Shown: positions 51,814 to 61,845, numbered from the stretch's first letter. The stretch: 64,000 nucleotides of DNA from Pelagomonas calceolata (GCA_918797485.1 CAKKNE010000002.1:5704001-5768000), one strand, 5' to 3'. A program made the numbers and translations. Notes: generated by a model not told the origin, from the letters alone.

Positions 51814-53877
51814 ATGGCCGCCACGTCGTCGCGCTGCGAGGTGCTCCTGGCCATCCGAGAGCAGGGCGGCAACGACGACGAGTCCTACGTCGAGTTACTG
51901 GTCCACGCTTTGAAATGTAGACAGTTATCTGTGAGTAGAGAAGGCAGATACCTACTCGTGACGTGCAAGGGCGACGTGCTAGCAAGGGAAGCGGACGCTT
52001 GTAAATTGGTGAAGACGAGACGGAGCGATAAGAGGGTGGAGGTCTTTGTTGACAGGGACGGGGCGAGATTGCGGTACGAGCTCGACGCCGAGGGGTGTTT
52101 GTTCTCGCGGGCCGAAGAAGCGTTATTACTTGAACGAGCGTGTACAAAAGCTACGGTCGAACAGGCCGCGGAAGGTCTCGGAGCGAGGTGGAAGAAGAAA
52201 AGTAGAGACTTGCCGCCGCAAATCGCTCAATTAGCGGAAGACTCTTTACTGGAAGCCTTGAAGCAGACGGGAGTCATCGAAGATTCTGTTATTTTGGGCA
52301 TCAACACCCAAATGAGCTGGTGGGCGTGGGTGTGTGCGCCCTCACAAAAGATCCACAAGGCCTTCGGGAGCGACGTCGCGTTGTACTTCGCGTGGATGAA
52401 TTTTTTTCAGTTGTGGCTGTTAATACCTTCTTTAGTAGGAGGGTACGTCTACCACCTGAGGATCGAGGAAGGTGTTTCTATTGACGACGACCAGTGGGCC
52501 CCGGTGTATGCTTTAGCGGTGTGCTTGTGGGCGGCGTTGTTCTGCAAGTTTTGGAGTCGTCGTGAAGCTCAAGTAGCCGTGGACCACGGCGACGTTCTAT
52601 TGGCGAGCGACGGTGGTGTGCGGCCGGGCTACCGGGGCGCGCCGCGGCCGTCGCCCGTCACTGGGAAATTGGAGCGGTATTCGCCGCCGATCTATAGGCA
52701 TTTAGCGTACATCCTCTCCATAATCGTGACGGGTTTGATGTTACGCGTCGCTTTATTATGGCATGTGATATCACTAAACCTGCAGGGCTACATCACTTCT
52801 GATTATGTCGGCGAGCAGGACTTTTATCGGGCGGACGTCGCGAAGTATGCCTTAGAGGGTGAAATCTTCGACCCGAAGAGCACGGAATTCTATGGATTGA
52901 AGGCGTTAGTACCTACTTTAATACATGTCGTCGTCGTTAGAATACTGAACCTGATCTACTCGTACGTCGCCGAAGTACTCACGAAACTGGAGAACCACGA
53001 GACGCAGAGCATGCACAACAACGCGTTACTTGTCAAACGCTTCATTTTCGAGGCCGTCGATGCCTACGCTGGGTTGGTCTTCCTAGGGTTCGTGCGACGG
53101 GATGTGGTAAGATTGCGCCAGGAGCTCATCGCTATATATTGTGTGGACACAGCAAGAAGGGTCTTCCAGGAGGCCTTGTTACCTTTATGTATCACAGCCA
53201 TAACATCCCTAAGAAACAAGGACACAACCGCTAAGAGGAAGAAAAATGACGACTTCCGCTCGATGACCTTGAACCGGACGAAGTCCAACATCGATACACG
53301 GGCGGAGAAGGAGCTCGCGAAGCCTGTATATGAGCCCTTCGACGACTACCTCGAGATGGTCATCGAGTTTGGATATGTATGTCTCTTTGCCTCGGTGTTC
53401 CCGCTCGGGGCGTTATTGTCATTCGTGGCGAATTTTGTCGAGGTGCGGTCGGACTTGTTCAAGATCCTTTACGTGTATAGGAGGCCGTCGCCGAAACGCG
53501 CTCGTACTATCGGCGCGTGGGCTCCTATCTTGAGGGGTTTGGTCTACGTCGCGATCGCCTCGAACGCCTTCCTCTTTGCTTTTGGTTCTGAACAGATGGT
53601 GCGCTGGTTCCCGCAATACTTCGACCGCGTTTCATTAAGGAAGGCGGGCTTCTCGAAGGACTACGCGAAGAAGGTGGCGCGCGAGGGCGGCGAGAAGAGC
53701 GCCGCGGAGGCCCAGGCGGGCAAGGGGCGCGTCGTCGTGTTGGTCGCCGTGGCCCTGGAGCATCTCGTCGTGCTCGCTTGTGTATTGGTGGAATTGGTGA
53801 TCCCGTCCATGGGCGAGGGCACGCGCGTCGAGGTGCAGCGACTGCTCTACGAGCGCGACCGCGCCGCCTCGGCCTAA
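51814..53877 (+). CDS. Anoctamin/TMEM16-family Ca-activated channel or scramblase (ANO8/10-like)
   Basis: FGSDVALYFAWMNFF, FWSRREA, LTKLENHETQS, KRFIFEAV, YEPFDDYLEMVIEFGYVCLFASVFPL, NFVEVRSDLFKI, RRP, IGAW. Confidence 0.9.
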   Translation: MAATSSRCEVLLAIREQGGNDDESYVELLVHALKCRQLSVSREGRYLLVTCKGDVLAREADACKLVKTRRSDKRVEVFVDRDGARLRYELDAEGCLFSRAEEALLLERACTKATVEQAAEGLGARWKKKSRDLPPQIAQLAEDSLLEALKQTGVIEDSVILGINTQMSWWAWVCAPSQKIHKAFGSDVALYFAWMNFFQLWLLIPSLVGGYVYHLRIEEGVSIDDDQWAPVYALAVCLWAALFCKFWSRREAQVAVDHGDVLLASDGGVRPGYRGAPRPSPVTGKLERYSPPIYRHLAYILSIIVTGLMLRVALLWHVISLNLQGYITSDYVGEQDFYRADVAKYALEGEIFDPKSTEFYGLKALVPTLIHVVVVRILNLIYSYVAEVLTKLENHETQSMHNNALLVKRFIFEAVDAYAGLVFLGFVRRDVVRLRQELIAIYCVDTARRVFQEALLPLCITAITSLRNKDTTAKRKKNDDFRSMTLNRTKSNIDTRAEKELAKPVYEPFDDYLEMVIEFGYVCLFASVFPLGALLSFVANFVEVRSDLFKILYVYRRPSPKRARTIGAWAPILRGLVYVAIASNAFLFAFGSEQMVRWFPQYFDRVSLRKAGFSKDYAKKVAREGGEKSAAEAQAGKGRVVVLVAVALEHLVVLACVLVELVIPSMGEGTRVEVQRLLYERDRAASA

Positions 53878-53892
53878 GTTACACATCCCTTA

Positions 53893-55518
53893 TTAGTCCG
53901 GGTCCCAGGGTCGGATGATGTCCCCGTCTTTATAGTCGTCCTTCAGCGCGGCGAGCGCTGCGCCCAAGTCCGGCTTGGCGCCATAGGGGTGCAGCTGCTC
54001 GTCGTCGTCCGAGGAGTCGTCGGACGCGGTCTCCTCCGACTCCGACTCGCTGGAGCTCTCATCGTTGTTTGCGTTGTGATAAAGCACCCGGGCGCCTTGC
54101 ACGCGCATGCTTCCGTCGGGGCCGCGCACGGTTGTGACTGGCACGGCGCCCGGCGCCACCCTTGGTTTGGGCTCGGTGTCCGTGGGCTCGTCGTCGTCGT
54201 GCCGCCGCCGCAGCCGCCGCATGGCGTCCGGGTCCGCCCGAAACAAGTGCGCTGCCAACTCCCTGCCCAGCCGCCGCTCCCTCGCGTCTCGGACCTCCTG
54301 CGGTACGTTCGCCGCGGCCGCGGCCTTAGCCTCGCTCGCTTCGAAGACCTCGGCGTTGTTCCGCAGACACGCTTTGAGGCCCTCGGCGTCATCGACGGCG
54401 AATCGTCTTCCCCCAAGCTCGACGGTCGTGCGGTCCTTCGCTTCCTGTCGAGCCTCGCTCGCTTCCCGCCGGGCCGTCGCGGCGAAGGCGTTCAATTTCA
54501 TGAGCTCTTTCTGAACCTCGCGGGCCGCGTCCTTGACCCGCTGCTCCGCGTCGCGTCGCGCCCTTCGGTCCTCGTTGCCCATCCGCAGCCGCTCGCCGAG
54601 GCGCTTGGCGACGACCTCACCGCTCGCCCCGTCGCCCGGTTTTGCGATGTCATCCAAATCTTCCTCTGTCACGCCGAGGAGCTGCGCGAGGCGCCGCCGC
54701 AGCTCGCGCCCTTGCTCATCTCTGTCCCAGCGCGACTTTTTCTCCTTTTCGCGCGCTTCCAGCGCGTGCCCCAGCATTCCCATCCCTACCCAGGTCGCAA
54801 ACAGGACGATCGCCAGCAGCGCGTAGCGCCCCGTCAGGGCCGCCCACATACCGCGCGGGTCCGGCCACGTCCTGTCGCGCACGCGGCGCACGACCGAGCA
54901 CAGGAGCTGCGTGTAGACGGCGCAGGCGGCCCAGAGCGACCGGCCGATCGACGCTTCCAGTAAACACGTCCCGAAGCCGACGGCCCACAGGTACATCACG
55001 AAGAGCATACAGTACCCCAGCACGGGCCAGTCGTCCCTATCTACGGTCGCCGCGAAGAGGTAGGACGCGACGTACAAACATTGGACCGTGCCGAAGGCCG
55101 TGCCCTTGTTCGCGCCGCTGTCCATGAACGAATACTCGAGGTGCTGGCCCAGGGGCACGATCAGCCAGATCCTCAGTAATAAGGGAACCAAGCCGAACGA
55201 CCGATACAAAAACACGGGGTACGCGAAGATCGAGATCGTCTGGAACCACTGCACGCCCATGAAAAGCAGCTCGATCCAGGGCGGGCAGCCCGCCGGCGTC
55301 CACCATCTCACGCCATTGGTCTTCGGGAGCGCCACGCCGCAGACGAATTCGTCCGGCGGCTCCTGCCGGAATCGTTCCTTCATCTTCTCGTCGCTGTAGT
55401 AGTCGTCGTCGTCGTCCGCGATTCTGTTCAGGCGATGCCGCAGGCCCTCCAGCTCCCTCAGCCGGCCATCATTCACTCTCTCCTGCATTTCTCGCGCGAG
55501 GCGATCTCCGCGGTCCAT
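53893..55518 (-). CDS. Hypothetical multi-pass membrane protein with C-terminal coiled coil
   Basis: 541-aa ORF with several hydrophobic segments, then a charged helical region and an acidic tail. Confidence 0.6.
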   Translation of the reverse strand: MDRGDRLAREMQERVNDGRLRELEGLRHRLNRIADDDDDYYSDEKMKERFRQEPPDEFVCGVALPKTNGVRWWTPAGCPPWIELLFMGVQWFQTISIFAYPVFLYRSFGLVPLLLRIWLIVPLGQHLEYSFMDSGANKGTAFGTVQCLYVASYLFAATVDRDDWPVLGYCMLFVMYLWAVGFGTCLLEASIGRSLWAACAVYTQLLCSVVRRVRDRTWPDPRGMWAALTGRYALLAIVLFATWVGMGMLGHALEAREKEKKSRWDRDEQGRELRRRLAQLLGVTEEDLDDIAKPGDGASGEVVAKRLGERLRMGNEDRRARRDAEQRVKDAAREVQKELMKLNAFAATARREASEARQEAKDRTTVELGGRRFAVDDAEGLKACLRNNAEVFEASEAKAAAAANVPQEVRDARERRLGRELAAHLFRADPDAMRRLRRRHDDDEPTDTEPKPRVAPGAVPVTTVRGPDGSMRVQGARVLYHNANNDESSSESESEETASDDSSDDDEQLHPYGAKPDLGAALAALKDDYKDGDIIRPWDPD

Positions 55519-55893
55519 CTGTGTGGGGCGACGCGCCTTTGCCTTGTGCTGTCGATTTTGCCTTGGGTTTGGTCGGCTGCCCCAGCAGTACCCGTGAAAC
55601 TCGTGTGCTTGAAGCTGCCCACAACAAACACGTAGGCTGCCCACAGGCTGTGTTGAGCTACAACACGGGGCGCCGTCGCGTCGAAGCTGGAGAACCTAGT
55701 ATGTCTATTGACACTAGCTCGATGCAGCTCGCTTTTGCATTGCAGCGCTCCTCACACTATATATCAGCAGTTGTGAGCACGCAGGAGTGGGTTTTCGTTG
55801 CATTGAAAAGCGATCCTGTGAGTTGTGGTCGAATCGAGCGAAGACCTAGCAAGCAAACACTCATCTGCCCTGCACACTGCTGCAGCGCATAAA

Positions 55894-56694
55894 ATGCGGC
55901 CGCTATTGACGCTCGCCGCAGCAATGCTCCAAAGCTCTCGTGCGCTGCAGCCCCTCGTGCAGCGCTGCTGCGCGGAATCGCTCGCGGGCTGCGCCGGCGG
56001 CCTCGCGAAGCAGCTCGCCGTCTACCCGCTCGACCGGGCCGCGACGCGATTGGAAACCAAGAAGGGCACCAAAGCCACGAACGTACAACAAGCCTACCGC
56101 GGCGCCGGCGTGTTGATGCTCTTCGCGCTGCCCTACGCCATCGCGTTCCACGTGCCGTTCGTCCTCGTCGAGAACGCGCTGCCCGTCGGCGACGCGGCCG
56201 CCCGAGCGTCTATCGCGGGCTTCCTGGCCGCGCTCGCCGCGGCGCCCGTTGGCGTGCCCGCGGAGGCCTGCAAGCGCCGCGTCCAGCTCGGCGCGCCCGT
56301 GAAAGAAGCATTGGGTGGCGGCCGGTCGCTCTACGACGGCTTCTGGGCGACGGCGGCGCGCAACGTGCCTTATAATGCGGCGGCCTTCGGGGCCTATCGT
56401 TTTTTAGAAAGGCGAAGCGTCTCTCCACTTTTATGTGGCGTCGGCGCGGGCGTGGCCTGCGCGGTCGCGACGCACCCCTTCGATGTGGTGGATGCGCGGC
56501 AGCAGACGGCGCGGACGTCCGCTTCCGCGGCGCCGCCGCCGAGCTTCTTCGCCCTGGAGACGTGGGCGTCGCTCGCGCGGGATCCCGGCGCGTTAATAAG
56601 GGGCCTCCTGCCGCGCGTTTTTGCATTGGCGCCGGGCACGTGGCTGTTTTTTGCGGTTTTTCGGCCCGTGCGGGATAGGTTAATGTCTGTATGA
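55894..56694 (+). CDS. Mitochondrial carrier family protein (SAM-carrier-like) with signal-peptide-like N-terminus
   Basis: Three Px[D/E]xx[K/R]x[R/K] motifs: YPLDRAATR, VPAEACKRR, HPFDVVDAR. Also LYDGFWATAARNVPY. Confidence 0.85.
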   Translation: MRPLLTLAAAMLQSSRALQPLVQRCCAESLAGCAGGLAKQLAVYPLDRAATRLETKKGTKATNVQQAYRGAGVLMLFALPYAIAFHVPFVLVENALPVGDAAARASIAGFLAALAAAPVGVPAEACKRRVQLGAPVKEALGGGRSLYDGFWATAARNVPYNAAAFGAYRFLERRSVSPLLCGVGAGVACAVATHPFDVVDARQQTARTSASAAPPPSFFALETWASLARDPGALIRGLLPRVFALAPGTWLFFAVFRPVRDRLMSV

Positions 56695-56704
56695 ATTACG
56701 AGGC

Positions 56705-57982
56705 CTAGTCTGTACCGGGAAGCCCCAGGAACTGCGTCAGCGAGTCGCCCCTCCGATGACTCCGCGTCGCGCGCGTCGCCGACTGGAGCTCGTCGGCCGG
56801 CAACGCTATTACAAGATCAACGTTCCGCGCTACTAAAATCCCGGTCCTTCGGTCGCGCAGCTCCCGGGCCCAGCGCACGGCGTCAACAGCTTTCGGGCCG
56901 CCGAAGAAGCGAGGCACCGCCCCGCATCCGATAAAGTCGATTAGATAAGGTGCGAACGCGTGCGATAGAGGCACGCGCCAGTCGGACGAAGCCCGCGATA
57001 ATATACTGCACTCGTTCCTTTCTAGGATCTGGATCAACCTCTCGACGTCCGTGTATTGCTTCTGGTCCTCGACCAGATGGGCGTCGTAGGCCCGCAACAG
57101 CTCCTCGGCGCCGTGTGGATGCAGCTCCGTCTTGCCTGAAAAAGTGATGGGCAGATAGGCCGTCCCGCGCGGCTTGCCTATCCTCCTCAACCCGTCCGCG
57201 AGGATCTCGGGTCTTACCAGATCGGCGAAGGCGCTGCCACACACTAAATCAAAGGAGCCGAAGGCGTCCGCGTCGAGCGCATCTCCACAAACCACGGCTA
57301 TTGAACATCGCACTCCTCCTATATCACAGATCCCGTGTCTCAATCTTTCAAAACTCCGAGAGGCGAGCGGGTCCGCGTCCGCGGGCCACGGCGTGTTTTG
57401 GATCTGGAGCTTGGCGAGACCCTCGGCCAGGGCGTCGCGGTCCCTATCGACGGCCAGGTATTCGAAGGTCGCGAAGCCGGCGGCTTTCACGGCTTTCGCT
57501 ATCACCGGTAACAAGGAGAGCGTCCCAGCTCCCAGGTCGACGCACCGCGGCGGATTACCAGTCGCGAGGCGCTCCGTTAGCACGGCGAGGGCCTCTTCAG
57601 AACGGGACGCATCATCAATAGCCGCCTTCTCCCGAAAATAGGCGAGGCGGTCCACGGGCGACGCGGCACAGCACCCCAGGGCCGCGAGCGCCGCTCTCCT
57701 CACGTCGCCGTTCTGAATAGAGACGGTGCGCGCGAAGGCCTCGCGCGCGGGCGCGCGCGACGACAACAAAATGCCTTTGGGCCGGGGCATGTCGACGGCC
57801 GCCGCGGCGCCGCTCACCTGGATGTCGATGGGCCGCCAGCCGCAGGGCAGGGCGTCGAGCGGCCACGTCCCTTGCGCGTGCGTGACGCCGTCTCGTTCGT
57901 TTCCGCGCAGCGGCGTTGTGTTCAGGTCGTGGCTGTCTATTAAGAGTTGGTCGTCGTCATTTGCGAGCAGGTGGGCGGCCAT
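56705..57982 (-). CDS. Class I SAM-dependent methyltransferase-like protein
   Basis: KAAIDDASRS, CVDLGAGTLS (motif I), YLAVDRD, GDAL, FDLVCGSAFADLV, YLPITFSGKT, SDW. Confidence 0.7.
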   Translation of the reverse strand: MAAHLLANDDDQLLIDSHDLNTTPLRGNERDGVTHAQGTWPLDALPCGWRPIDIQVSGAAAAVDMPRPKGILLSSRAPAREAFARTVSIQNGDVRRAALAALGCCAASPVDRLAYFREKAAIDDASRSEEALAVLTERLATGNPPRCVDLGAGTLSLLPVIAKAVKAAGFATFEYLAVDRDRDALAEGLAKLQIQNTPWPADADPLASRSFERLRHGICDIGGVRCSIAVVCGDALDADAFGSFDLVCGSAFADLVRPEILADGLRRIGKPRGTAYLPITFSGKTELHPHGAEELLRAYDAHLVEDQKQYTDVERLIQILERNECSILSRASSDWRVPLSHAFAPYLIDFIGCGAVPRFFGGPKAVDAVRWARELRDRRTGILVARNVDLVIALPADELQSATRATRSHRRGDSLTQFLGLPGTD

Positions 57983-58187
57983 TTGTGGTCTGGCACTCGC
58001 GAGCGACTGAGGAGAGGCCTGGCAGCACAGCCGAGTGCAATCCGCGATGCGGAGAAGAAGAGCTGGAGAAACAGTGTCTGGTGCAACCGTTGGTCCTGAA
58101 GAGTGCTGGCGCACTTGGAACAAGTTTTTTGTGCAATCACAAGGCCTACTCGCGCTATGCCAAAGCGTTTTTGCCGCGGATTAATCC

Positions 58188-58209
58188 GCTAGCGGAGTAA
58201 GACACTAGC
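58188..58209 (-). promoter_or_regulatory. Recurrent intergenic CTAG...CTAG motif
   Basis: Reverse complement reads GCTAGTGTCTTACTCCGCTAGC; between divergent genes. Confidence 0.6.
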
Positions 58210-58343
58210 AACAAAGCAAGCTAAGGCTGCCAAGCATAAAACAGGGCGGACGGCGCGCTATTGTTGCCTTAGCGACAACTGCTCGCCGCCGAGTTGCCTC
58301 TAGCACCGCTGTCCAAAGTACAGCTGCGTCCAGCATCGCTACG

Positions 58344-58688
58344 ATGACAGCGAGCTCAAATGGGAGTGGTGCGGCAGACAGCGGAGGAGAGGCGCCCGCG
58401 AACACCGTGCAAGTAGGGGGCTGGACGCTCAGCGCTGATCTGTCGCCGGAGGCGATGGCGCAGGTTCAGGGCTTGATCAGCGGCATGCAAAACGAGTCGT
58501 CGGGCCCCGCGCGGCAGGCGGTCGAGCGGCCCGACGGCAGTATAGAGTTTCCAGAGCGGAGCGACGATGATAAGGCCGCGGCGGACGCGGCCTTCGCGAA
58601 GCTAGTCGCGCAACATCCGGGTGCGCGCGAGCTTTGCCCCGGCGTGTACGCCGTGCCGCCCGACGCCGTCGTGCGCGACGCCGAGTAA
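58344..58688 (+). CDS. Small hypothetical protein, 114 aa
   Basis: ATG-initiated ORF with coding-like codon use, flanked by two copies of the promoter motif. Confidence 0.45.
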   Translation: MTASSNGSGAADSGGEAPANTVQVGGWTLSADLSPEAMAQVQGLISGMQNESSGPARQAVERPDGSIEFPERSDDDKAAADAAFAKLVAQHPGARELCPGVYAVPPDAVVRDAE

Positions 58689-58770
58689 GATGTTCGACGA
58701 AAGACGAGTAGCACGCACCACCGGATGCACACAATGCCTAGGCTGGAGAGGCGTCGCACCGGACCTGCTT

Positions 58771-58794
58771 GCTAGTGTCTTACAGGCCGCTAGC
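58771..58794 (+). promoter_or_regulatory. Recurrent intergenic motif GCTAGTGTCTTACAGGCCGCTAGC
   Basis: Identical to 9161-9184; 157 bp upstream of the sulfotransferase ATG. Confidence 0.6.
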
Positions 58795-58950
58795 TCGTCG
58801 GCCGCCCGCGAAAGACCTTTAGACGCTGCTTTAGACGCTGCAAGCGCGCGTTCTAAACTCACTGGATCTATCCTCTCCCGCGCACCATCCGTTTTGTGCC
58901 GCGGCCCACCGCTAGGAGACCAGCAGTCGCTGCCCATCACCTCTGAAGAG

Positions 58951-60009
58951 ATGATGAAGCGCGGCGCATTAATCGCAACACTGCTGGCCAGAGCCGCGGC
59001 GGATTGTACGATAGACGACACGACGCCCGTCACAATAATAGCGGGCGCCAGCCACGCCGGCGCCGACACGCTCCACGATTCGTTACGAAAGGCCTTGGCC
59101 CTGCCGGACCGGAAGCGCAACGAGGTCCACCATTTTAATGATGTAGCTTCTTATGGGAAGGGCAACGACCATTATTGGCAGAGCTTGGGCTGCACCGGCC
59201 AAGTAATGGTCGACGAAAGCCCGGGCTACCTCGCGCATAGCGTCGCACTGTTGAGGGCCGCGTCCCAAGTTCCTAGAGCGCGCTGGGTCGTGTTACTGCG
59301 GGAGCCCGTGGAGCGCGCGCTGTCGCACTTCATGCACCTGCCCCGGAAACAGGGCGGCGGCCAGGGCTCTCTGAAAGGTTTTATGGAGGCCATTGAGGAG
59401 GAACGGTCCTGCATCGACGCGGCCTTGCACGCGCGCGCGGCCCACGGCCACGCCGACATCACGCACGAGTCGGGAGACGCCCTCTACCCGCGCCTGGCGG
59501 CGAGGTATGCTTTTGAGCACTGCGCGGATCATCTGCCAGGGGGCGGGCGCCAAGCTAGGGCTCATGGGTCAGCACATTTCGGCAAGGAGCACGGGCTGCT
59601 GTCCTTATCTTTATATGCTCCTCAGCTTGAGCATGCAGCTAGGATGGCCTCGAAGATGGACCTCGCGAGTCCCTTGGTCGTCGTCTCGTCCAAGGCGTTC
59701 CACGACGACGCCGCCGGCACCGTGTCTGCCATTGTGGGAGCGTTGGGTTTAGGCTTAGGTAAAACGAGCAACGCGGCGCCGGCGTTCGTGGACCGGCGGA
59801 CGGAGCTGGACGCGGCCGCGGTGGAGGCGCTTGACTTATTATTTGAGCATCCGAACTGCGCGCTCGCCGCCGTCGTCAACAACCGGACGCTCGTGCCGCA
59901 TGCTATTGGATTGGAGCACGACGCGGCGTGGCTTCCCTTAGATATGAAGTGCAACGCGCACGGCAAGGCCGTGCACCCGCAGCCGCGCGTCGACCGCGAG
60001 GAGCTCTAG
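58951..60009 (+). CDS. Secretory-pathway sulfotransferase-like protein (heparan sulfate 3-O-sulfotransferase-type fold)
   Basis: Signal peptide; NEVHHFN, DESPGYL, 3'-PB motif VLLREPVERALSHF, SLYAPQLE. The 5'-PSB loop is atypical. Confidence 0.7.
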   Translation: MMKRGALIATLLARAAADCTIDDTTPVTIIAGASHAGADTLHDSLRKALALPDRKRNEVHHFNDVASYGKGNDHYWQSLGCTGQVMVDESPGYLAHSVALLRAASQVPRARWVVLLREPVERALSHFMHLPRKQGGGQGSLKGFMEAIEEERSCIDAALHARAAHGHADITHESGDALYPRLAARYAFEHCADHLPGGGRQARAHGSAHFGKEHGLLSLSLYAPQLEHAARMASKMDLASPLVVVSSKAFHDDAAGTVSAIVGALGLGLGKTSNAAPAFVDRRTELDAAAVEALDLLFEHPNCALAAVVNNRTLVPHAIGLEHDAAWLPLDMKCNAHGKAVHPQPRVDREEL

Positions 60010-60253
60010 GTGTCCCTGATTAAGTCTTTTTTACGTCACGGTGCTAGGATCAGTGGCGGCGGGCGCGCGCCGCGTCTTTCATCACGGAATACCTCCTTCT
60101 GGAATCCTCGTAACGTGCGGGGCGAAAAAACAACTCACGTCGCGGCGATGGCGCGATCAGGGCTATATTGTTACGGTGATAGGACTAGCGGGCGCAGCCC
60201 CTGGGGAAAGACATCGCACATCGCCGATTCCTCAAATACGGCTCCGGCGTGGA

Positions 60254-60276
60254 GCTAGCGGCTGTAACACACTAGC
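60254..60276 (-). promoter_or_regulatory. Recurrent intergenic CTAG...CTAG motif
   Basis: Reverse complement reads GCTAGTGTGTTACAGCCGCTAGC; 175 bp upstream of the CDC50 ATG. Confidence 0.55.
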
Positions 60277-60450
60277 AATCGCTTTGCTTTTGCAAGCTTG
60301 CAAACTACCTTGCAAGCGGCCGGAGCGACGCGCGAAGGGCAGCTCCAAAAGCTGCTAGAGCTCCTCCCGGGTCGAACGCGAAGGGCAGCCCCGTCCTCCC
60401 GGGCAGGCGTGCGCCGGAAAAAAACAGCTCGCGGCGGCGGCGGCGGCGGC

Positions 60451-61845
60451 ATGGCGGCCGACGGCCTGTCGGCCCTGTGCTGCGCGGTCTGCGGCTACGG
60501 CTTCCTCGTGACCATGTGGCGCTGCCCGAAGGGCACGGGCGCGTACCAGCAGCAGCGGCTCCCGGCGTGGTTCCCGGTGCTCACGCCCATCGCCTACGTG
60601 GGCGTCTTCCTGCTCGTGGGCTGCGCGTTTCTCGTGGCCGTGAGCGGGGTCGTGGACACCCCAGAGGTGATGAGGCAACGGTACGACCCCAACTGGACGC
60701 CGGACGGCGTCGCCTGCGCGCTCGGCGCGACGTGCCAGGTCAAGTTTGAACTAAAGGAGGACATGGAGGCGCCCGTCTACGTCTACTACGAGATCGAGAA
60801 CTTCTACCAGAACCACCGCGACTACCTCAAGTCCATGTACTGGCCCCAACTACACTGGCTGAATACCAAAGATAAGTGCGAGTCTGACGACTGCGTGAAC
60901 AAGGACAACATTAACAAGGGGGAATACAATTATAATAGGGAGTACTGGGAGGAACTACTGAAGAGCAACTGCAAGCCCCTCTGGAAGGATAAAGGAAGGC
61001 ACCTGTCGCCGTGCGGCGTCGTCCCGAACACCATGTTCGACGACACCATACGACTTAACTCAATACGGACGACGCCGGGCATCACCATGCGCGAGGACAA
61101 GATCGCGTGGAAGTCTGATGTGAACAATGTGTTCCAGCAGCCGTTGGGCTTCGACTACGCGGTCCTCCCCCCGGAAGCGGACACGTCCGACGCCTGCTTC
61201 GGCACGCCCGGAACGGCCTGCGACGCGGCCATCTGCAACTTATACTTACCGACGCGCAAGGACGCGAAACGGGACTTCGAGGACAAGACGTCGTCAGACA
61301 ACTACAAGGAGTTCTGGAAGAAGGCGGATCTCGAGAGGTGCTTCGGGTATACCTGTAAGGGCGCGCCCGTCGACGCGAAGCGGAGCCTCGACGTCCCCTT
61401 CGGGGAAATTTGCAAAGCCGGCGAGAAGGCCGTGTTTGTGTACCCCGACCCCGACAAGTACCAGTACCTCTACGAGACGTTTCCGGAAGTGATCTCTCCA
61501 TTAGTAGGTGTGGAGAGCGAAAGATTTGCGGTCTGGATGAAGATCGCCGCGTTGCCGACCTTCCGGAAGCTGTACGGGCGCATCAACACTGACCTGAAGA
61601 AGGGCGATACATTGGCTTTTGATATTGACTCGCGCTTCGACGTCGACGCGTTCTCGGGCAAGAAGGCCATCGTCGTCGCGACGGCGGCGTCCTTCGAGAA
61701 CACGTTCCTGCTCTGGGCCTTCGTGACCGTCGCGTGCGTGTGCCTCGCGGTCGCGGTCTTCTTCGGGCTCGTCCAGGCCTTCGCGCCGCGGGTCATGGGC
61801 AAGGTGCGCTACTCCTGCCTCAACCCCAGACCCAAGGACGCGTGA
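60451..61845 (+). CDS. CDC50: CDC50/LEM3 family P4-ATPase flippase beta subunit
   Basis: YQQQRLPAWFPVLTP, PVYVYYEIENFYQNHRDYLKS, PCG..PNTMFDDT, IAWKSD, ERFAVWMKIAALPTFRKLYGRI; two TM segments. Confidence 0.92.
   Translation: MAADGLSALCCAVCGYGFLVTMWRCPKGTGAYQQQRLPAWFPVLTPIAYVGVFLLVGCAFLVAVSGVVDTPEVMRQRYDPNWTPDGVACALGATCQVKFELKEDMEAPVYVYYEIENFYQNHRDYLKSMYWPQLHWLNTKDKCESDDCVNKDNINKGEYNYNREYWEELLKSNCKPLWKDKGRHLSPCGVVPNTMFDDTIRLNSIRTTPGITMREDKIAWKSDVNNVFQQPLGFDYAVLPPEADTSDACFGTPGTACDAAICNLYLPTRKDAKRDFEDKTSSDNYKEFWKKADLERCFGYTCKGAPVDAKRSLDVPFGEICKAGEKAVFVYPDPDKYQYLYETFPEVISPLVGVESERFAVWMKIAALPTFRKLYGRINTDLKKGDTLAFDIDSRFDVDAFSGKKAIVVATAASFENTFLLWAFVTVACVCLAVAVFFGLVQAFAPRVMGKVRYSCLNPRPKDA

Noticed and set aside
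51814..61845. Anoctamin scramblase and CDC50 flippase subunit as a lipid-asymmetry gene cluster
   Set aside because: They are separated by five unrelated genes, and the neighbourhood is functionally mixed throughout.
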